A stretch of DNA of 25,417 nucleotides, from contig JAEDNC010000001.1 of NCBI GenBank assembly GCA_016302705.1, positions 1 through 25,417 on the forward strand. Reading direction: 5' to 3'. The position numbers and the translations under genes were made by a program. Positions 1-6,578 of the stretch are shown piece by piece; the stretch's first letter is position 1, and each line of letters starts with the position of its first letter. The notes under the pieces are model-generated. The model made no database searches, was not told where the DNA came from, and saw nothing but the letters and a program-made list of their open reading frames with translations. The stretch comes from Bacilli bacterium. GTDB lineage: Bacteria; Bacillota_I; Bacilli_A; RFN20; CAG-826.

Positions 1-829
1 GTAAGAAATAGGCTTCTAGAGTGAACTTTCCCATGAAGGCGATTATTTTACTGAACTTCAATCTCTCAATTAAAGTGGATAGCCCATACATCGTTAAAAA
101 ACCAAATAGAGATGAAATATAAAATAGTGGGATATTTGTTGGAAGATCAATAACCACCATTTGCTCAGAGTAGTGGACAATTAAAATAGTTAAAGTTAAT
201 CCAATAATAAAAGCGATAGAAGAAATATAGATATTGATATATTTAAATAACTTATCTCCAAAGAGATATCCAACTAAGAATATTGGAGTGTACGCCATAA
301 AGTAGTCATAACCAATAAAGGTATTGGAATAGATGATTCCTCTTTGACGAAGAATCACTAATAACGCGTATGATATACATATTAAGAAGAACACGCATAA
401 CTTCTTATATTTAGGGAATATAGTGGCCACTAATAAGCCAATATCACTAGCAATATTTATCCAAAGTAAAACCCATAAAAACCACATTCCCATCACTGGT
501 GTATCCCAGAAAACTTCAAACGCTTTTGGGACATCAGGCCATTGATTATATAAGGCTACTCTTAAGACTAAGAAGAAAACAACAGGCCACATATAATTAA
601 GGGCTCTTTTTAAAATATCATATAAGAAACCTAATGGTTTCAGTGGCTTACGGTAGGAAGTAGCGATACCACTAAAAAAGAAAAAGATTGGTAATCCTAA
701 GATGATAAGGAATGTTCCTACAAATGATTGGTTAAAGTTTGGAAGCGTTCTTTGTAATACATGAGCAAGGATAATAAAAACCATCGCGAAGAATTTACAA
801 ATATCAATTGTTTTATTTCTTTCTGTCAT
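1..829 (-). CDS. Acyltransferase family 3 (OafA/YrhL-like) membrane O-acyltransferase, 3' end truncated by window edge
   Basis: Not in the ORF track. Manual translation from ATG at 829 stays open to base 1 (at least 276 codons): MTERNKTIDICKFFAMVFIILAHVLQ...LPIFFFFSG...KRALNYMWP...MWFLWVLL...FMGKFTLEAYFL. The R-x4-D...H, P-x-FF-x-x-SG, WFL and G-x-x-TL-x-x-Y patterns and the many hydrophobic segments are typical of Acyl_transf_3. Confidence 0.85.
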   Translation of the reverse strand, partial: MTERNKTIDICKFFAMVFIILAHVLQRTLPNFNQSFVGTFLIILGLPIFFFFSGIATSYRKPLKPLGFLYDILKRALNYMWPVVFFLVLRVALYNQWPDVPKAFEVFWDTPVMGMWFLWVLLWINIASDIGLLVATIFPKYKKLCVFFLICISYALLVILRQRGIIYSNTFIGYDYFMAYTPIFLVGYLFGDKLFKYINIYISSIAFIIGLTLTILIVHYSEQMVVIDLPTNIPLFYISSLFGFLTMYGLSTLIERLKFSKIIAFMGKFTLEAYFL

Positions 830-897
830 ACCTTTATTTTATTACTTTTAACTTATTTATTCCAAAAATAAAGTATGTGTATGTCATGTGCATAAGA

Positions 898-927
898 TTG
901 ACACATAATATTATTATATTATAAAAT
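898..927 (+). promoter_or_regulatory. Putative sigma-70/sigma-A promoter for the 949.. operon
   Basis: Perfect TTGACA (898-903), followed by TATAAA (920-925) or TAAAAT (922-927) at 16-18 bp spacing. RBS-like AGAGG lies before ATG 949. Confidence 0.65.
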
Positions 928-948
928 ATTGCTAGAGGTTATATACAT

Positions 949-1182
949 ATGGCAAAGAAAGTTAACACCAATATTTCACTTGATCCTAATTTAAAAAAGG
1001 AAGCAGTTGAATTATTCGCTTCTTTTGGTTTGGATCTTTCTACTGCAATTGGCATGTTCTTATCTCAATCTGTTAGAGAAGGTAAGATTCCTTTTGAAAT
1101 TAGAAATGTGAGAAAGAAAGTTTCTATTGAAGAAAAAGAAGATAATCATAAAGATGAATTCATGAACTTCATTAGTGACTAA
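949..1182 (+). CDS. RelB/DinJ-family ribbon-helix-helix antitoxin-like protein (no adjacent toxin)
   Basis: 77 aa: NTNISLDPNLKKEAVELFASFGLDLSTAIGMFLSQSVREGKIPFEI matches the DinJ/RelB pattern (I-x-x-D...K..A..LF...GL..STAI..FL.......IPF). Acidic tail. Confidence 0.85.
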   Translation: MAKKVNTNISLDPNLKKEAVELFASFGLDLSTAIGMFLSQSVREGKIPFEIRNVRKKVSIEEKEDNHKDEFMNFISD

Positions 1183-1190
1183 GGTTAATT

Positions 1191-2972
1191 ATGAAGAAAA
1201 TAAGATTTCTACATTTGCTTGCGTTACTTTTACCGCTCTCAATTGCATCTTGTAATCTCCGCACACCTCATACTGATGGTGGAGAGATTGTTTCTATTGC
1301 TTTAGATGCATCTACGCTTGAGTTAAAAGAAGGAGAAACGCATCAATTCATTGCTACAATTAATCCGAAAAACGCGACATACAAGAATTTAATTTGGTCT
1401 GTTACTAACGAATCAGTTGGTTCAGTCACACAAAACGGATATTTTACTGCTAAAGAAGAAGGAAATTGCTTTGTTACAATTACTAGTGATAATAACAAAA
1501 GTGATTATTGTTCTATAACGGTTAAAAAAGATGGAGTAATTCCAGAAACTACTAAAAAGATTAATATCGTTGCTTTTAATGATTACCATGGAGCAATTAA
1601 AGAAGAGGGAGACCAAATGGGATTACTCAAATTTGGCTCGTTCTTAAAAACTCAAAACGATAAAGAAAATACCTTAATCCTTTCTCAAGGAGATGATTGG
1701 CAAGGTTCGATATACTCTAACTACAACCACGGAGCGTTAATTAACGATGTTTACGCTTATGCGGGAGTAGACGCTAGAACAATTGGTAACCATGATTTTG
1801 ATTGGGGATTAGATGTTTTAGCGGCTAATAAAAATAGAACATATGCTGGTAGGACAGTTCCTACTTTGGCTGCTAATGTTTATGATTATAATTTCCAAAC
1901 AAAGAAAGTTGGAAATACTCAACAATCTCAATTAGGAGATAAAACTATTACTTATACTTTAGAAAATGGTCTTAAAGTCGGGATAGTGGGAGTTATTGGA
2001 GAAGATCAAATTACTTCTATTATGTCTTTATACACCGAGACTATTGCCTTTAAAAACCATATTGATATCATTAAAGAAGAAGCCACTAGATTAAGAGAAG
2101 AAGGGTGCGATATTGTTATTGCTTCTATTCACTCTGGACAAGCATCAGTTATGAATCATGATGTCGATAAATATGTCGATTTAGTGTTATGTGGACATAC
2201 TCATTATGAAGAAGAAGGTAATGAAGGTTTGCTTAAGTATTATCAATTTCATGCATATGGATTATCTTCCGGAATTATTGAATTAACATATGATACAGTG
2301 ACTAAAAAAATCACTAACACAACAATGGAATGTGTTACTTCAAGTAATGTTAATATGTACATAAACGAAATAGATGATAATATCGCTGCTTTAATTCAAT
2401 CATATAATTCTGAATGTGATAACGAAGCTCAAGTGGTGGTTGCTAATAAAGTCAGTGGATATTTTAAATCTTCTGATGAAAGTGTTAACGTAATGTGCAA
2501 AGCACTTTACGACACTGCAGCAAGCGAAGGATATGACGATATTGTTTTAACTTATTGCAATACTGCAAGAAAATATTTACCATATAATGTTTGGACGTAT
2601 GAAAACCTCTACGAATCATTCCCATTTGATAACGTAGTCTATATTGCTGAAGTAGATGGTAGTGATTTACTTAATGAGGTAGCCAAATACAATAACGTTT
2701 GTTTTAATCCAAACTTTAGTAAGCAAGTTAATCGAGTTGGCTATTATAAAGTCGCAGTTATCGATTATCTCTTATTCCACACCAATTCAGCGCGTTATTA
2801 TAATTACTTCCCTTCTTTTAGAAATGTAATGGGAACTCTTTCGAATAATTATCGCGTGTTACTAAAGAATTGGCTTATTTCAAACGGATATAACACTGGC
2901 AAAGCTATGGAAGCGGATGATTATTCTAGCTCTGTATCAATGTTTAATAGAAGTCTATTACAAGAAGCATAA
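1191..2972 (+). CDS. Lipoprotein: Ig-like (Big_2) domain plus 5'-nucleotidase / 2',3'-cyclic phosphodiesterase family metallophosphoesterase
   Basis: Lipobox SIASC. Big_2 pattern (LKEGETHQFIATINPKNATYKNLIWS...VTQNG). Calcineurin-like motifs NDYHG, GDDWQGS, GNHDFDWG, SIHSG, GHTH. C-terminal TYENLYESFPFDN matches the 5'-nucleotidase C domain. Confidence 0.9.
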   Translation: MKKIRFLHLLALLLPLSIASCNLRTPHTDGGEIVSIALDASTLELKEGETHQFIATINPKNATYKNLIWSVTNESVGSVTQNGYFTAKEEGNCFVTITSDNNKSDYCSITVKKDGVIPETTKKINIVAFNDYHGAIKEEGDQMGLLKFGSFLKTQNDKENTLILSQGDDWQGSIYSNYNHGALINDVYAYAGVDARTIGNHDFDWGLDVLAANKNRTYAGRTVPTLAANVYDYNFQTKKVGNTQQSQLGDKTITYTLENGLKVGIVGVIGEDQITSIMSLYTETIAFKNHIDIIKEEATRLREEGCDIVIASIHSGQASVMNHDVDKYVDLVLCGHTHYEEEGNEGLLKYYQFHAYGLSSGIIELTYDTVTKKITNTTMECVTSSNVNMYINEIDDNIAALIQSYNSECDNEAQVVVANKVSGYFKSSDESVNVMCKALYDTAASEGYDDIVLTYCNTARKYLPYNVWTYENLYESFPFDNVVYIAEVDGSDLLNEVAKYNNVCFNPNFSKQVNRVGYYKVAVIDYLLFHTNSARYYNYFPSFRNVMGTLSNNYRVLLKNWLISNGYNTGKAMEADDYSSSVSMFNRSLLQEA

Positions 2973-2988
2973 TATTGAGGAGAAAATT

Positions 2989-4218
2989 ATGAAAAAAATG
3001 AGGCCTTTACTTTTATCAGGATTAGCTATTTTAAGTCTCGGCTTAGTTGCTACTGGAGTCGTATCTAGTGAAAAGAATGTATCTTTTGAAGTAACTTATG
3101 CGGATAGTGTTAGTACATACTATTCTTCAATCACCGATAGCATGAGTGGAGAGACTTTACTTAAAGCTTTAAATACTCTAAATACCACAAAAAGAAGAAG
3201 ATTAGTCACATACGCTGGAATGAGATCGTTCTCTGCTAAATGTGATAGAGATCCAAATGGATCAAATAAAATCCTTGGCTTTTATGACAACAAATTAGTT
3301 GGACCATCTTGGGATAGTGGAAACACATGGAATAGAGAACATGTCTGGCCAAATGTTAGAGGTGGAGACAAAGTTGAAGATGATGCCCACATGGTTCGTC
3401 CAGCATCAACTTCCACTAACTCTAATCGTGGCTCTAAAGGATATGGAATGGAATCATATGATCCAGGCCAATTCGTTGAATATTATCGTGGATCAGCGGC
3501 TAGAATTATATTCTACGCTGCAATGGCCGACTTATCTTTAGGATTAGTTGATAATCCACTTGATTTTAATGGTGCTGGTAGTTTCCCAAATAAGATGGGT
3601 TCTTTAAGTGAAATGCTCAAATGGAATTTACAATATTTACCAACTGGTACATTTACGGGCGCTAACGATACTGCTAGAAGAGCAGAAATCAATCGTAACA
3701 ACGTTATTGAAACTGATTCAAGCGGTCAAGGAAATAGAAATCCATTTATCGACCACCCAGAATATGCTTGTAGAATTTGGGGCAATACAAACGAAAAAAC
3801 AAAACAAGTTTGTAGTGGACAAGTTGTTCCACCTGATTCAGAACAAAATGCAACAGGCATTACCCTTAACTATAGTTCCTATTCTATCCAAATTGGTGGA
3901 ATGGTCCAATTAACTCCAACTCCAGTGCCAACTACTGCTACTCTACCATCATTATCATGGATTAGTGACAATAGCAGTGTTGCATCTGTTGATAATAATG
4001 GTTTAGTTACCGGATTAAAAGATGGAAAAGCTACCATTAGTGTTTATTCAAAAGATGGACTATATGCATCTTGTGATATAACAGTCGGCAGCGGTCAAGA
4101 AACCACAACACATAGTGCAGGCTGTGGAGGTAATATTGCAACAACAAGCATGATTTTAGCAACCTTATCAATTCTAGGAATTAGTTTGTTATTAATAAAA
4201 AGAAAGCACATTAATTAA
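2989..4218 (+). CDS. Secreted, C-terminally anchored endonuclease I / Bsn(YurI)-type nuclease with Big_2 domain
   Basis: Start moved from 2917 to ATG 2989, which follows GAGGAG and begins a signal peptide (MKKMRPLLLSGLAILSLGLVA). Motifs WNREHVWP, DDAHMVRP...NSNRG, RGSAARIIFY, QGNRNPFIDHPE. Then a Big_2 domain (LSWISDNSSVASVDNNGLVTG) and a GCGG + hydrophobic + KRK tail. Confidence 0.9.
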   Translation: MKKMRPLLLSGLAILSLGLVATGVVSSEKNVSFEVTYADSVSTYYSSITDSMSGETLLKALNTLNTTKRRRLVTYAGMRSFSAKCDRDPNGSNKILGFYDNKLVGPSWDSGNTWNREHVWPNVRGGDKVEDDAHMVRPASTSTNSNRGSKGYGMESYDPGQFVEYYRGSAARIIFYAAMADLSLGLVDNPLDFNGAGSFPNKMGSLSEMLKWNLQYLPTGTFTGANDTARRAEINRNNVIETDSSGQGNRNPFIDHPEYACRIWGNTNEKTKQVCSGQVVPPDSEQNATGITLNYSSYSIQIGGMVQLTPTPVPTTATLPSLSWISDNSSVASVDNNGLVTGLKDGKATISVYSKDGLYASCDITVGSGQETTTHSAGCGGNIATTSMILATLSILGISLLLIKRKHIN

Positions 4219-4227
4219 GGCGTTTGA

Positions 4228-5424
4228 ATGTATTCTGATCAAATCAAGAAAAAAGAAGTAATAGAAATAGACATACACCCAATATCAAAATGGAGAAGAA
4301 TCCTTGTTTTCCTTGGAGACTTTTTCATACATTTCATTATCAGTATTATCATTATGAATATTGCGGTTATGCCAATATGCTCGATTTTTGTTAAACCAGA
4401 GACCGAAAGGTCTTACGCTGCCGAGAAAAAAAGAGACAATATTCTTTATGAAAAACAATTGCTCTTTTATAAAACTGATGAAAACGGTAGTGGTAATTAC
4501 AAGAAATATGACTTTGATAGTAATTTAGCTTATACATTTAATAGATTTCTTGCATATTACACATTTCCTGATGAAACTTCTTTGAATCCAGAATACCCAG
4601 AATATTCACATAAATTAGAAAACGAAGTCATTTGGACATACTACAATAATATCCGTTTAGATTCTATAACCTACTATGATTTGTTTTTGAATCATAATAA
4701 AGAGGCTAATTTATTTGAGGTTACTTCTACAAGTGTTTCTTTAAAGGAAGAAGTTATTGAGGAAGTAAGAATTTATTTTATGCCTGGAGAGAATTTAGGC
4801 TCAAAAGGAAGAGAATACTATCAAAAGATTAATGATTTATTCTCTGCTTTATATGGATGTGTCATCCAAGATATTTATAAGAATGATTTAGTTGATTCAA
4901 CCGGCAATTCTTTCAATGAGAATCAAGCAATTATTACGAACATCGCTTACAAATATTACGCGACTTTATCAGTGTGTTGTGCGATCTCTTATCTTCTTGG
5001 ATGGGTACTTGTTTATGTCGTCTATCCTTTAGTTAATCGATCATCACATACCCCAACTCAATCGATTATGAAAATAGATAGACTTAACTATAAACATCTA
5101 CAACCTATAAATAAGCCTGAAGCATTTTTGACTTCGCTATACTATTTGGTGTTTGACTTGCCGTTTATCATGTTCATACCGCTAAGTTATACTACATTTA
5201 TTTATTCTTTAAGACTCCCAATACTCCCGGTACTAAGTGTTATTTCTATTGTTGCTACGTTAGCAGGATTATTTATTATTCTCTTCAATGCATTTAATAG
5301 ATCCGCAATTGATTTGCTTAGCCAAACAGTGTTGATTTCTTCTGAAGAAGTCGATGGAGTTATTAAAACGAAAGAAGAGATGAAAGAACTTGAATTAATG
5401 AAGAAAAGAGGAGATATTAAGTAA
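4228..5424 (+). CDS. RDD-like membrane protein with large extracytoplasmic loop
   Basis: N-terminal WRRILVFLGDFF followed by a TM segment, a ~190-aa polar loop, further TMs, HTPTQSIMKI and a C-terminal RSAIDLLSQTVLI. This is a degenerate RDD R/D/D pattern. Confidence 0.6.
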   Translation: MYSDQIKKKEVIEIDIHPISKWRRILVFLGDFFIHFIISIIIMNIAVMPICSIFVKPETERSYAAEKKRDNILYEKQLLFYKTDENGSGNYKKYDFDSNLAYTFNRFLAYYTFPDETSLNPEYPEYSHKLENEVIWTYYNNIRLDSITYYDLFLNHNKEANLFEVTSTSVSLKEEVIEEVRIYFMPGENLGSKGREYYQKINDLFSALYGCVIQDIYKNDLVDSTGNSFNENQAIITNIAYKYYATLSVCCAISYLLGWVLVYVVYPLVNRSSHTPTQSIMKIDRLNYKHLQPINKPEAFLTSLYYLVFDLPFIMFIPLSYTTFIYSLRLPILPVLSVISIVATLAGLFIILFNAFNRSAIDLLSQTVLISSEEVDGVIKTKEEMKELELMKKRGDIK

Positions 5425-6486
5425 ATGGAAAAAGAATCCCTTGAAATAATAGACGCTCCTGAGAATTCGATAAATCTCGTTTACGAGCAGCCTCCATTCA
5501 TTAAGAGGTGTTTTGCTAACTTTCTCGATATTATCTTTCTTTTTTTAACATTTATTGCGATGTTTATCGCTGTTCAAAAAACAGCGGCAGCAACCCCTCA
5601 ATATCGTGCTGCTGATAACGTTGTCGCAACTTATAGAAAAGACTCTGGCTTATTTGAATATTCTTCCAAAAGAAAGACTTGGGAGAACATTTCAACATAC
5701 CTAGATAACAATAATGACACTGCTTATCACACTAGAGTATATCGTTGTCAATTAGCAATTAATAACTTCATTACCTATGTTCAAAATAATGGAACAACTG
5801 AGCAATACGAAGAACTAGTGAGTAACTACAACGAAAGTAGATTGTCTCCTAAGGTCTTAGATTCAGAAGGAAAAAACCTTTTCATTAAGACAACCGTGGA
5901 AGAAGAAGGCGTGATGGTGGAGAAGATTGTTCGTAACCCTGATGCTAGAGCAGGAGATGAGTATTATTATACTCATTTTTACCGTGAATACACGCTTACT
6001 AACTGCGGTGGCTATTTGATTTCTTTCTTCCCTGAATATCAATCTGCACTTAAATCTTTATCCAACATTTTATTTTTTATACAAATCCCAATCGCAATGT
6101 TTGTGTCTGGAGTGATTATCTATTTTGTCCCTCCGGTTTTGATTTTTAGAAGGGGAAGATCAACCTTTGGAAAGAAGTTAATGCAAATCGGATTAGTTGA
6201 CTCTAAAGTGCTCAATCCTTCGTTTGGAAGATATACCGCAAGGTGGGCTATCTTCTTCTTTGGAGAACTGATATTAAGCCTATTTTCCTTTGGCTTGCCG
6301 TTCATTATTTCATTTTCCATGATGGTCTTTTCAAAAAGAAGACAAGGATTCCCTGATTATATGCTCGGTTTAACTGAAGTCGACACAAACAAACAAAAGG
6401 TCTATTTCAGCAAATATGAAATAGCCGTTGAGCATTCCTTAGACCATAAGGAAGCTATCCCATTCAAATTGATAGAAAAAGAATAG
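5425..6486 (+). CDS. RDD-family membrane protein with large extracytoplasmic loop
   Basis: FIKRCFANFLDII, STFGKKLMQIGLVD, ARWAIFF and RRQGFPDYMLGLTEVD match RDD motifs. The ATG directly follows the upstream TAA (translational coupling). Confidence 0.75.
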   Translation: MEKESLEIIDAPENSINLVYEQPPFIKRCFANFLDIIFLFLTFIAMFIAVQKTAAATPQYRAADNVVATYRKDSGLFEYSSKRKTWENISTYLDNNNDTAYHTRVYRCQLAINNFITYVQNNGTTEQYEELVSNYNESRLSPKVLDSEGKNLFIKTTVEEEGVMVEKIVRNPDARAGDEYYYTHFYREYTLTNCGGYLISFFPEYQSALKSLSNILFFIQIPIAMFVSGVIIYFVPPVLIFRRGRSTFGKKLMQIGLVDSKVLNPSFGRYTARWAIFFFGELILSLFSFGLPFIISFSMMVFSKRRQGFPDYMLGLTEVDTNKQKVYFSKYEIAVEHSLDHKEAIPFKLIEKE

Positions 6487-6516
6487 TTTGCGTTTAACAT
6501 ACGTACATTAAAGTGT

Positions 6517-6546
6517 TTGACTACCATACATACACTCACGTATAAT
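6517..6546 (+). promoter_or_regulatory. Putative internal sigma-A promoter for 6579..21887
   Basis: TTGACT (6517-6522), 18-bp spacer, perfect TATAAT (6541-6546), in the largest intergenic gap of the cluster. GAGGA lies before ATG 6579. Confidence 0.65.
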
Positions 6547-6578
6547 AATCGTGAACAAAGTTACCTGAGGAACTGCAT

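Noticed and set aside
901..920. NrdR box in promoter 1 (ACACATAATATTATT)
   Set aside because: Only the left half resembles the acaCwAtATaTwGtgt consensus, and there is no tandem second box.
830..1300. Complete type II toxin-antitoxin module
   Set aside because: No toxin-sized ORF flanks the DinJ-like gene, and the next gene is a lipoprotein.
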